NCBI GenBank assembly: GCA_021779255.1
Contig: JAJYBC010000001.1
Span: forward strand, 1 to 52,869
DNA length: 52,869 nt
Reading direction: 5' to 3'
DNA from: a bacterium
GTDB taxonomy: Bacteria > Patescibacteriota > Minisyncoccia > CAIUEV01
Shown: in pieces, positions 44,709 through 52,869 of the stretch
Layout: each line of letters opens with the position of its first letter
Numbering within the stretch: the first letter of the stretch is position 1
The notes under the pieces: generated by a model
Seen by the model: only the letters and a program-made list of their open reading frames with translations
Databases searched by the model: none
Told to the model about the DNA's origin: nothing
Program-made: the position numbers and the translations under genes

Positions 44709-46715
44709 ATGTCAGAAAATCCAAAAACAGAAACTCAAACAAAACAGTCGCCACTCAAATTGGATTTAGGTACTGATGTAACGGACAAGGCTTTGTTTGT
44801 GCGAACCAGTGAAGATGAAATCGAAAAATGGAACGTCAAGAGAATTTCGGAAAGCATTGTCAAGGAAACGGGGATTAGTCAAAGAATCGCGACGGAAATT
44901 GCCCAAGAAGTAGAAAAGCAAATTTTTGAAGGCAAGATTAAGGCCATTACCGCCCGCTTAATTCGTGAATTGGTTTTGGGTCAATTGTTGGAAATGGGAT
45001 TGGAAGAGGCGCACAAAAGATATAGTCGTTTGGGCTTTCCAATTTATGACGTGCAACAAATTATTGAAAACGAGACTAACAAAGATAACGCCAATGTTCC
45101 CCATGGTCCGGAGGCAACTAATCTAACTTTGGCCGAAGGTATTAAAAAAGAGTACGCGCTTTTGCGGATTTTTTCTCAAGATGTGAGTGACGCTCACGCC
45201 AGAGGTGATATTCATTTACACGACTTAGGTATGATTGATCGGCCGTATTGTTCCGGCCAATCATTGGAATATATTAAAAAATATGGTCTTGACCTCACCT
45301 CTTCCCTTTCTCAAGCTAGGCCAGCGAAACACGCGGAAGTTCTAATAGCTCATTTGATAAAATTATCCGCCGCTTTGCAATGCCATTTTTCAGGGGCTAT
45401 CGGCTGGGATGCTATTAATGTTTTTTTAGCCTCTTATTTAGTTGGTCGCAACGAAAAAGAAATCAAACAGCTGGCTCAAATTTTGATTTACGAGTTTTCT
45501 CAGCAAGCGGTGGCCAGAGGCGGGCAAGCAATTTTTTCCGATATTAACTTGTATTGGGAAATCCCCCGTCATTTTCAGGACGTGCCCGCTATCGGACCGG
45601 GTGGAGAATACACCGGAAAAACTTACAAAGAGTATATTAAAGAATCCCAGATGTTTATTAAAGGTCTTTTTGAAGTTTATTTGGAGGGAGATGCTTCGGG
45701 ACGTCCCTTCTTTTTCCCAAAACCTTTAATGCATATTACGGAAGATTTTTTCAAGACTCCCGGTCACGAAGAATTTCTGAGATTTATTTCTCAGGTGGCG
45801 GCTGAAAAAGGCAATACTTATTTTGTCTTTGATCGTCGTAATGAAGCTAAAATTTCTGAATGCTGTCGTTTATCTTTTAAATTAGAGAGAAGCGATATTG
45901 AAGATGCCAAGAAGCCTTGGAAGATGAGGTATTCGGCTTTGCAAAATATTTCTTTAAATTTACCCAGAGTTGCCTATAAAGCTGGAGGTAATGATGAAGT
46001 TTTTTTTGCGGAATTAAAAAATTTGATGAATATTATTGTTAAAGGTCATCGCCAAAAAAGAATTTTTTTGGAACATTTGTTGGCCAAAGGAACTAACGGA
46101 CCACTCGGGCTTTTGTCCATTAAAAAGCCGGATGATGAGCACCCGTACCTCCGATTGCATCGAGTGACTAATCTCGTCGGCTTAGTTGGATTAAACGAAG
46201 CTGTTCAGTATCACATCGGTGAGGAACTTCATCAGTCGAGGAGAGCTTTAAAATTTGGTTTAAGAGTTGTTGCCGAACTTAAAATTTTGTGTGAAAAATT
46301 ATCAGAACGATACGGTCTGCGTTTGGTCTTGGAGCAAACTCCCGCCGAGACGACCGCTTATCGATTTGCCAAATTGGATTTGAATTGGTTCGAGAGAGGA
46401 GCTCATCGCGTAGTTAAAGGAAATTCGAGCAATGGAGAGGTTTATTATACCAATTCAACTCAGATTAACATTGGGTCAAATTTCGATCCACTGGAAAGAA
46501 TTCGATTGGAAGGTTTGTTTCACCCGATGATTGATGCGGGAGCCCTAACACATATTTGGTTGGGTGAATCTAAACCGCCGGCCGAGGGCATTGCTAATTT
46601 AGTGGAAAAAAGTTTTCGTTTGACCGAAGTGGCGCAAGTGGCTTTTTCACCCGATTTTGTTTATTGTGATGATTGCGGATTTATTAAAAGAGGAATTTTA
46701 GACTCAGATAATTAA
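44709..46715 (+). CDS. nrdD: Anaerobic ribonucleoside-triphosphate reductase NrdD (class III) with an ATP-cone; the C-terminus appears truncated
   Basis: ATP-cone (VKRISESIVKETGIS...), finger-loop ISECCRLSF. Ends 13 aa after the first CxxC (YCDDCGF...DSDN*), with no RVxGY glycyl-radical motif. Confidence 0.8.
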   Translation: MSENPKTETQTKQSPLKLDLGTDVTDKALFVRTSEDEIEKWNVKRISESIVKETGISQRIATEIAQEVEKQIFEGKIKAITARLIRELVLGQLLEMGLEEAHKRYSRLGFPIYDVQQIIENETNKDNANVPHGPEATNLTLAEGIKKEYALLRIFSQDVSDAHARGDIHLHDLGMIDRPYCSGQSLEYIKKYGLDLTSSLSQARPAKHAEVLIAHLIKLSAALQCHFSGAIGWDAINVFLASYLVGRNEKEIKQLAQILIYEFSQQAVARGGQAIFSDINLYWEIPRHFQDVPAIGPGGEYTGKTYKEYIKESQMFIKGLFEVYLEGDASGRPFFFPKPLMHITEDFFKTPGHEEFLRFISQVAAEKGNTYFVFDRRNEAKISECCRLSFKLERSDIEDAKKPWKMRYSALQNISLNLPRVAYKAGGNDEVFFAELKNLMNIIVKGHRQKRIFLEHLLAKGTNGPLGLLSIKKPDDEHPYLRLHRVTNLVGLVGLNEAVQYHIGEELHQSRRALKFGLRVVAELKILCEKLSERYGLRLVLEQTPAETTAYRFAKLDLNWFERGAHRVVKGNSSNGEVYYTNSTQINIGSNFDPLERIRLEGLFHPMIDAGALTHIWLGESKPPAEGIANLVEKSFRLTEVAQVAFSPDFVYCDDCGFIKRGILDSDN

Positions 46716-46732
46716 GTCATTTTTTCAATGTA

Positions 46733-49714
46733 ATGGGAGCTTACAATCCTCAAAAAATCGAACCGAAATGGCAAAAATTTTGGGAGAAGAATAGACAACT
46801 TTGCGAAGTTGAGGAAAAAAGTAAAAAACCCAAATTTTATTGTCTCTCAATGTTTCCTTACCCTTCTGGGGAAGGGTTGCATGTTGGTCATGTAGAATCG
46901 TATACAGCGACTGATATTTATGCGCGAACAAAAAGGATGCAAGGCTTTAATGTTCTTTTTCCTATGGGTTGGGACGCTTTTGGCCTACCAGCCGAGAACT
47001 ATGCTATTAAAATTAAAACTCATCCGGCCGATTCAACTAAAAAAAGTATTTTTAAATTTAAAAATCAAATTAAGTCATTAGGTCTTAGCTATGATTGGAG
47101 CAGAGAGATTAATAGCTCCGATGAAGAATATTATAAATGGACTCAATGGTTTTTTCTCTTATTATACAAAAGGGGGCTGGCTTATAAGAAAAAAGCTAAG
47201 GCTAATTGGTGTCCTCATTGTCAAACAACTCTAGCTAACGAACAAGTGGTGAATGGTCGTTGCGAAAGATGCGAAACAGAAGTTTTTCAAAAAAATTTAG
47301 ATCAATGGTTCTTTCGTATTACCAAATACGCCGATTCTTTGCTGGAAGATTTGAATTTAGTTGATTGGCCGGAAAATTTAAAAGAAATTCAACGTAATTG
47401 GATCGGAAGAAGTCAAGGGATGGAAATTGTTTTTGACTTGAAAAAAATTCGCAAGACGGATGAAAAATTTTTGGATAATTCCAAATTCAATAATTTGGAA
47501 ATTGCTTTGGCGCTCAAAAAATATCCCACGGTAGCTAAAATTAAAGTTTTTACGACTCGGCCGGATACTTTATCCGGTTCGACTTTTATGGTTTTAGCTC
47601 CTGATGGAATTGCTACTAAAAAATTGGAAAAATATATTAGTAATAAATCTCAATTAAAAGCTTACCAGCTTAGCGCTACCAAGAAAAATGAGTTACAAAG
47701 GACTGAATTTAATCGGGATAAATCAGGGATTGCTTTGCAGGGATTGGTAGCTGTTAATCCCATTAACGGCAAACCGATTTCTCTTTGGGCGGCCGATTAC
47801 GTAATGGGAGACTATGGATCCGGAGCTATTATGGCTGTCCCAGCTCATGACAGTCGTGATTTTGAATTTGCTTTTCGGCACAATCTTCCGATTGAGCGTG
47901 TTATTTATCAAGAAGAAAGATCTTTGGCTTTTTTAAATCTTTCCTTTATTCAAAATCCAAAAGAAGTTATAACCGAGCTAAAAAAATTTAATCTCTATTC
48001 CCTTCTCTTGGACGATAAAGGTTTTAAAGTCGAACTCTATAAATCTTCTAGTAGTTTGCCTTATGGTTTGATTGTTGAAATGAAAAACGAACAAGAAGTT
48101 ACTGAGTATATTAATTTAATTCAAGCTCAATTGAAGAAAATTTTTTGGAGTGAAATTGTTGGAGGTAAATATTGGCAATTTGTTTTTTCGGAAAAAGTTC
48201 TGAAAGATAATTCCGAAGAAAATTTAGCGGAGATTCAAAAAAAATTAAAAAAAGCTTTAAAAGTTTTAAAAAGAAGAAAAAGCTTTGATCCCCGAACTGC
48301 TTTATTGGAAAAAGCAATTAGAAGAAAATTTTTCTTTTCCGATTATGTCGGTTGGACGATTCCAGCCGGTCTTTTCCGAGATTATGTTTGCTATGCCGGT
48401 AAAAAAGGCCGACTTTTCAACTCAACTTTTTTGGATGGAATGAGCGTCGAGAAAGGTTGGCAAAGTATGGCGGACTGGCTGGTAGAAAGAAATCTGGGAC
48501 GACGAGTTAAAAATTATCATTTGCGAGATTGGTTAGTTTCTCGCCAGCGTTATTGGGGAGCGCCAATCCCGATGATTTATTGTGAAAAATGTGGTTTAGT
48601 GCCGGTGCCAGAAAAAGATTTACCCGTTCGGTTACCGGCCAAAGTGGATTTTGTACCCACCGGAGAATCTCCTCTTAAAAATTTAAAATCTTTTTCCAAG
48701 ACAACTTGTCCTAAATGTGGCGGTGAAGCGGAAAGAGAAACGGATACTATGGATACTTTCGTTTGCTCCAGTTGGTATTTTTTCCGCTATTGTGATCCAA
48801 AAAATGAGAAAGAGTTTGCTTCGCAGGAAAGAATCCGTCGTTTGATGCCCGTTAATCTTTACATTGGCGGAGTGGAACATGCTGTTTTGCATCTATTATA
48901 TAGCCGTTTTTTCACTAAGGTTTTACAAGAGGCGGGCTATGTGGACTTTTCGGAACCTTTTTTGAAAGTTCGTAATCAAGGTATTATTTTAGGACCAGAC
49001 CATAATAAAATGTCTAAGAGTAAAGGTAATGTTATTAATCCAGATGAAATTGTAAATAAATTGGGTGCAGACACACTTAGGATTTACGAGATGTTTATGG
49101 GACCGCTGGAAGAAATGAAACCTTGGGATACAAAAGGTATTTCCGGCGCGCGTCGCTTTTTGGAAAAAATTTGGCAATTACAGGAGAAAGTTCAGAAAGA
49201 AGCACCCGATTTTGAAGATAGGATGTCAACAAAAGATTCTCAAGATGATTTAAAGGCCAAAAAATTACTTCATCAAACAATTCAAAAAGTAAGTCGTGAT
49301 ATTGAAAACTTAGCTTTCAATACGGCAATTAGCCAGATGATGATTTTAATTAACGCTTGGAAAAATTTAGTGAAAATTTCCGTGATTGATTTTGAGTTTT
49401 TTTTAAAAATTCTTGCTCCCTTTGCGCCTCATTTAGTTGAAGAAATTTGGCAAAATTTAGAGCATAAGAAGAGTATTTTTGAAGAAGAATGGCCACGACC
49501 GATAGAAGAATTTTTAAAGAACAAAGATGTCTTAGTAGCAGTTCAAATTAACGGAAAAAAGAGAGGAACAATCACTTTGCCGGTGGAAATTTCCGAAAAT
49601 GAAGTGCGAGAAACAGTTTTGAATTTGCCTCCTCTTAAAAAGTTTTTAGAAGGAAAGTTGATTCGTCGTTGGGTTTATATCCCAGGGAAAATTATTAATT
49701 TGGTTGTGAATTAA
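46733..49714 (+). CDS. leuS: Leucyl-tRNA synthetase (993 aa, extra insertion after the CP1 domain)
   Basis: HVGH (LHVGHVESY), KMSKS, TTRPDTL editing block, and RDWLVSRQRYWG. Confidence 0.95.
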   Translation: MGAYNPQKIEPKWQKFWEKNRQLCEVEEKSKKPKFYCLSMFPYPSGEGLHVGHVESYTATDIYARTKRMQGFNVLFPMGWDAFGLPAENYAIKIKTHPADSTKKSIFKFKNQIKSLGLSYDWSREINSSDEEYYKWTQWFFLLLYKRGLAYKKKAKANWCPHCQTTLANEQVVNGRCERCETEVFQKNLDQWFFRITKYADSLLEDLNLVDWPENLKEIQRNWIGRSQGMEIVFDLKKIRKTDEKFLDNSKFNNLEIALALKKYPTVAKIKVFTTRPDTLSGSTFMVLAPDGIATKKLEKYISNKSQLKAYQLSATKKNELQRTEFNRDKSGIALQGLVAVNPINGKPISLWAADYVMGDYGSGAIMAVPAHDSRDFEFAFRHNLPIERVIYQEERSLAFLNLSFIQNPKEVITELKKFNLYSLLLDDKGFKVELYKSSSSLPYGLIVEMKNEQEVTEYINLIQAQLKKIFWSEIVGGKYWQFVFSEKVLKDNSEENLAEIQKKLKKALKVLKRRKSFDPRTALLEKAIRRKFFFSDYVGWTIPAGLFRDYVCYAGKKGRLFNSTFLDGMSVEKGWQSMADWLVERNLGRRVKNYHLRDWLVSRQRYWGAPIPMIYCEKCGLVPVPEKDLPVRLPAKVDFVPTGESPLKNLKSFSKTTCPKCGGEAERETDTMDTFVCSSWYFFRYCDPKNEKEFASQERIRRLMPVNLYIGGVEHAVLHLLYSRFFTKVLQEAGYVDFSEPFLKVRNQGIILGPDHNKMSKSKGNVINPDEIVNKLGADTLRIYEMFMGPLEEMKPWDTKGISGARRFLEKIWQLQEKVQKEAPDFEDRMSTKDSQDDLKAKKLLHQTIQKVSRDIENLAFNTAISQMMILINAWKNLVKISVIDFEFFLKILAPFAPHLVEEIWQNLEHKKSIFEEEWPRPIEEFLKNKDVLVAVQINGKKRGTITLPVEISENEVRETVLNLPPLKKFLEGKLIRRWVYIPGKIINLVVN

Positions 49715-50146
49715 ATTTTTACGATTACGAGAAAAAATACCCTTATATTCGAGTTCCCTTTTTTCATTTAGATAAAAATAAAAAGAGCTGATTTCTTGAT
49801 CACGTAAGATGAAAGAGGGACTACGAATAGCCTTATCCTGCCAATTTATTTGAAGAGAGACAGCTTGTCCGGGATAAATATTTTCAAAAACACCATACTG
49901 TCCCAGAGCTTTTTCTTGCAAAATATTTTTGATAAAAAGCTGAGCGACTACTGACTCATTTTTTGTTACTCCTTTAACGGAATAAAAAATTAAAGGCCCA
50001 TTTTCGTTTGGGCCTTGAGCTTGAGTATCGATATCAATTTTCCACCAATCTTCCCTCTCCGTGTAGCGAATGACACTTATTATGATGATAAACGCCAGTG
50101 TTGAACTCCAAAGGATGCGCCAAATTTCTTCGGCCAATTTTTCCAT
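49646..50146 (-). CDS. Hypothetical membrane-anchored protein
   Basis: 166 aa with an N-terminal TM. Its 3' end overlaps the leuS 3' end by 69 nt (convergent), so the true extent is uncertain. Confidence 0.35.
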   Translation of the reverse strand: MEKLAEEIWRILWSSTLAFIIIISVIRYTEREDWWKIDIDTQAQGPNENGPLIFYSVKGVTKNESVVAQLFIKNILQEKALGQYGVFENIYPGQAVSLQINWQDKAIRSPSFILRDQEISSFYFYLNEKRELEYKGIFSRNRKNLIHNQINNFPWDINPTTNQLSF

Positions 50147-50169
50147 AGGCGGAGAGAAAGATAAAAATA

Positions 50170-50328
50170 TTAAAAATTTCTATAAGTTTTCTCCGAACAG
50201 TTTTCTAGGGTAAGCAATTTTATCTTCTTGCTGTCATCTTCTTGAAAAATAATTCGAATATCTCCTTTTCTTATTCTAAAGATATTTTTATGTCCTTTCA
50301 ACTTTTTAATATCTAAATTAGTGTATGT
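50170..50328 (-). pseudogene. Remnant of a RelE/ParE-family toxin (C-terminal half only)
   Basis: Start-less frame gives ...LDIKKLKGHKNIFRIRKGDIRIIFQEDDSKKIKLLTLENCSEKTYRNF*, matching the L.G....yRiRiGdyRiiy pattern. A stop codon lies immediately upstream. Confidence 0.45.
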
Positions 50329-50335
50329 TTATTTT

Positions 50336-51007
50336 TTACGCCAGGGCGAGGTTGGGGGTTTTGAGGACTTCAATGACTTTGCCGTTGATGACGAAGTTAT
50401 CGCCCGGAGTCAAGTAGATCGGTTTGTGGGATTTTTCGGATGATTGAGGAAAGAGACCGATCGTATCTTGATCGATGCGGTGGAATATTTTGATAGTTGC
50501 CAATCCGTCAATGGTGGCTAGAACCTTGTCGCCATCGCGGAAATCTTTACTATCGGAATCGATTAAAACGTAGTCGCCATCCTCGATGCGTCTATTATTA
50601 ATCCTAGCTAAGTCCATTGAATTACCGAAAATTTGAATGGCAAAAAGAGCGTCAGTAATTTTCTTAGTAATAAGTCTTCGAGAAATTTTTAAATAACCCT
50701 CAATATTTTCTTGAGCAAAAAATAACGGAGTGCCGGCGCTGGCCGTTCCTAGAATCGGAACACTACAGAATTTTTTCTTACTTTGATCACAAATTTTGAT
50801 ACTGCGGTTGCCGGAGTCTCTTTGAATAAACCCCTTTTCTTCCAGATGGCGTAAATAAAGAAAAATACTGGCTAAACTTTTGGTTTTGAGTCCCAACCTA
50901 GATACCTCTTTTTGAATTTCTCGAATGGTCGGCATCCGATTTTTTTGGCCGAAATAATTTTTGATGGTTTTGAGAACAAGATCTTCTTTTTTGGTCAAGA
51001 GTCGCAT
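50336..51007 (-). CDS. lexA: LexA repressor
   Basis: N-terminal wHTH (MPTIREIQKEV), A-G-type cleavage region (LGTASAGTP) and S24 peptidase (IFGNSMDL ... K). Confidence 0.85.
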   Translation of the reverse strand: MRLLTKKEDLVLKTIKNYFGQKNRMPTIREIQKEVSRLGLKTKSLASIFLYLRHLEEKGFIQRDSGNRSIKICDQSKKKFCSVPILGTASAGTPLFFAQENIEGYLKISRRLITKKITDALFAIQIFGNSMDLARINNRRIEDGDYVLIDSDSKDFRDGDKVLATIDGLATIKIFHRIDQDTIGLFPQSSEKSHKPIYLTPGDNFVINGKVIEVLKTPNLALA

Positions 51008-51086
51008 AATATTTTGTTCACTTGTTTAATAAAACTTATACTTTTATTAAAAAGGAAAAAATATATCTTGTCAAATTTTTAAGAAT

Positions 51087-51974
51087 TTAGTTTTTACGAC
51101 ACGTTAGAAACTCAATGTAGGGAGCGTTGGTACCGGGAGCAGAGCCAGCGTTATAGATTCCGATGCCAGTTCCCGATCCGTAGATTCCGATACCTGTAGT
51201 TGAATATTCTGTGGTATGCCAATATACTCCAGCGTTTGAGCCACCACCATTATGAGTCCATCCCCATCCACCAGAAAAATTCCCCCAATGTGCATGTCCC
51301 GGATCGTAAACCCCATGTGCATGTCCTGGATCATAAACTCCGTGTGAGTGAAGTCCGATAGCTCGATTCTCTCCATCCCCCAAGGGTTGTCCCACTGTTA
51401 AATTCTTGTTGGCAGAGTTTTGAGTTCCCACCAGGTATCTGCCCTTGGCAGCCGGAACTTCACTCCAACCGGCGGGACAAGTAGTGAGGTCAAAATAAGC
51501 AATTGTTCCAGAGGGAGTGCTATCGCCACCGACTAATTCCCAAGAGGAACCATTATACATATTCATTTTTTTGGTATCTGTGTTGACAATAACTAATCCC
51601 AGTTGCGGTGAAATAATTGCATCTCTCTGTGCTGTGGTCATGCGAGGAGGTAAGAAGCCATTGCTGGTTGTTTCAATATTTAATCCAGTAGCCCGAATAG
51701 TGCCATTAACATCCAGAGTGGCTTGCGGATTATTGGTGCCAATTCCAACTAATCCTCTCTCGACAATTAAACCCAGAGTAGCTCCACCAGTGTTCAAAAT
51801 TAAACCTCCGGTTTTGATTTGGCCGGCGTTGCCAGTGTTAAGTGGCGCCGCAATATTGCCACCTGGTGGCATTTGATCAGGCTCTACCCAAGCTTTGGCG
51901 TAGAGGGTAAAAATAATCGCGAGAAAAGTAAACAAAAAAAGAAATTTTATTTTTTTAGGCATTTTTAGACTCAA
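51087..51974 (-). CDS. Secreted phage-tail-collar-domain (tail-fibre-like) protein
   Basis: Signal peptide, ATLDVNGTIRATG fibre-like block, GTIAYFDLTTCPAGWSEV...GRYLVG collar block, and tandem HGVYDPGHA x2 and GIGIYGSG repeats. Ends APYIEFLTCRKN. Confidence 0.6.
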   Translation of the reverse strand: MSLKMPKKIKFLFLFTFLAIIFTLYAKAWVEPDQMPPGGNIAAPLNTGNAGQIKTGGLILNTGGATLGLIVERGLVGIGTNNPQATLDVNGTIRATGLNIETTSNGFLPPRMTTAQRDAIISPQLGLVIVNTDTKKMNMYNGSSWELVGGDSTPSGTIAYFDLTTCPAGWSEVPAAKGRYLVGTQNSANKNLTVGQPLGDGENRAIGLHSHGVYDPGHAHGVYDPGHAHWGNFSGGWGWTHNGGGSNAGVYWHTTEYSTTGIGIYGSGTGIGIYNAGSAPGTNAPYIEFLTCRKN

Positions 51975-51980
51975 AAAAAG

Positions 51981-52679
51981 TTATTTATTGTTATTAATAT
52001 TAATGTTTGAATCCAGGGGCGGGGCATTTTCTGAGGGAACGTCTGAAATAACAACTAAAATCTTTTTTCCGCTTCCCGAAGGATCGCCTTGATAGGTTAC
52101 TTGATTTCCAACAGCTAGATCTTTCCAAGAAATTGCTTCTTCGACAAAAGGGCTTAATGTTTTATCCTCCGCCAATTGTTTGTTTTCCTCTGATGGCTCG
52201 GCAATGACATTAGGGTTTTGCTCGTACTTTTTCTGCATTTCTTCTTGAATTTGTTTGGCTTTTTCCGCGTTAAAATCAGGATTTTTAATTAACTTTTTAA
52301 TTTCATCTACTTGATTTTTCGTCACTTCTTTATCAATTTCTTGTTGCTGGTTTCCGGGAGAATAAATAGGAGAAAGAGTGACTGTAATTTTCTCCGAGCT
52401 TACCTCCTTGATTTTTCCAATGACTTGATTTTCCGGAATTTTTACTTCTTGATTGCTGACTTTTCCGGGATTTTGAATTATTTTTTGAGAATTTTCTGTT
52501 TTTGAGGGAATAATAGCAGATATATTTTTTTTGAAAGAAAAATACATAAAAATTATTCCTAAAAGTAGGATTATAACAAGTATAAACAGAACAATTATCA
52601 ACTTTTTTTGCTTCAATACTTCATTGTTTCCCTGTACGTTTGGATTCAAGTTTGGGCTTGAGTTTACTTCTGGTTCCAT
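51981..52679 (-). CDS. Hypothetical membrane-anchored protein
   Basis: 232 aa with an N-terminal TM. Polar Q/E/K/N-rich ectodomain. Confidence 0.45.
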   Translation of the reverse strand: MEPEVNSSPNLNPNVQGNNEVLKQKKLIIVLFILVIILLLGIIFMYFSFKKNISAIIPSKTENSQKIIQNPGKVSNQEVKIPENQVIGKIKEVSSEKITVTLSPIYSPGNQQQEIDKEVTKNQVDEIKKLIKNPDFNAEKAKQIQEEMQKKYEQNPNVIAEPSEENKQLAEDKTLSPFVEEAISWKDLAVGNQVTYQGDPSGSGKKILVVISDVPSENAPPLDSNININNNK

Positions 52680-52718
52680 CGAGATTATTTTATTGATTTA
52701 AGACTTAAGCATTTTATA

Positions 52719-52869
52719 TCAATTTTTGCGACACGTTAGAAACTCAATGTAGGGAGCGTTGGTACCGGGAGCAGAGCCAGCATTATTTATTCCGATACCC
52801 GTTCCCGATCCATAAATTCCAATATTACTTCCTGATCCATAAATTCCAATACCAACTCCTCTTTTATCA
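52719..52869 (-). CDS. Paralog of the 51087-51974 tail-collar protein, C-terminal end only (5' end off the window)
   Basis: Translation ...GIGIYGSGSNIGIYGSGTGIGINNAGSAPGTNAPYIEFLTCRKN*. 52729-52782 are identical to 51097-51150. Confidence 0.7.
   Translation of the reverse strand, partial: DKRGVGIGIYGSGSNIGIYGSGTGIGINNAGSAPGTNAPYIEFLTCRKN

Noticed and set aside
51008-51086. SOS (LexA) box shared by the lexA, uvrB, uvrA and recJ upstream regions.
   Set aside because: No GAAC-N4-GTTC or CTGT-N8-ACAG type palindrome is shared. The only inverted repeat upstream of lexA (TAATAAAA-N7-TTTTATTA) is AT-rich and not found at the other genes.
51097-52830. DGR template/variable repeat pair (near-identical ~100-bp segments at 51097 and 52729).
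   Set aside because: Differences between the copies are mixed transitions and transversions, not adenine-specific. Both copies are the 3' ends of paralogous genes, and no reverse transcriptase is in the window.
1-52869. Alternative genetic code (UGA recoding, as in some CPR lineages).
   Set aside because: Conserved genes close at TAA, TAG and TGA at the expected lengths, for example the NTase gene ending at TGA 3986-3988. No housekeeping gene is interrupted by in-frame TGA.

Overview
Low-GC (about 35%), tightly packed bacterial window. The gene content looks like a small-genome CPR/Patescibacteria-type organism: DUF4012 giant protein, FemAB, MurJ, PilC, a truncated ThrRS, and many orphan membrane proteins. 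That taxonomic call is inference. All protein calls come from reading motifs by eye, with no database search.

Housekeeping content:
- Repair and core genes: recJ, uvrB, uvrA, uvrC, lexA, pyrG, thrS, leuS, nrdD, ruvX, murJ, groES, infC-rpmI-rplT.
- RNA genes: tmRNA and five tRNAs (Gln-CUG, Glu-CUC, Glu-UUC, Pro-UGG, Thr-GGU).
- An EmrAB-like efflux operon and a rubrerythrin/desulforedoxin redox cluster.
- Two toxin-antitoxin pairs (HepT/MNT and RelE/DinJ) wedged between uvrA and uvrB.

Most noteworthy, in my order:
1. 423-5088: a self-contained promoter-to-terminator cassette encoding an HprK-like P-loop kinase, a GT1 glycosyltransferase, a Pol-beta nucleotidyltransferase and a fold-type-II PLP enzyme. 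Its leader carries a 13-nt x 7.6 tandem repeat.
2. 10112-11209: a 1.1 kb ORF-free, relatively GC-rich gap. It holds a possible promoter (-35-like box only, no convincing -10) and a strong terminator, framing a roughly 0.55 kb candidate ncRNA. It is bounded by a 28-bp dif-like 11-6-11 recombinase core site and a direct-repeat half-site.
3. The 12-mer GTGTCGCATAAT occurs four times exactly, always on the + strand, including inside two genes.
4. A REP-like family of perfect GC-rich palindromes carries CGTAC/CTAC tails and tandem 3'-arm arrays. A 52-bp perfect palindrome of similar layout sits in frame inside uvrC.
5. nrdD appears to lack its glycyl-radical C-terminus, groES has a CIRCE operator but no groEL, and two inverted tRNA-Glu copies bracket rplT-rpmI-infC-ssrA.

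No CRISPR array, rRNA, transposase or reverse transcriptase was seen.
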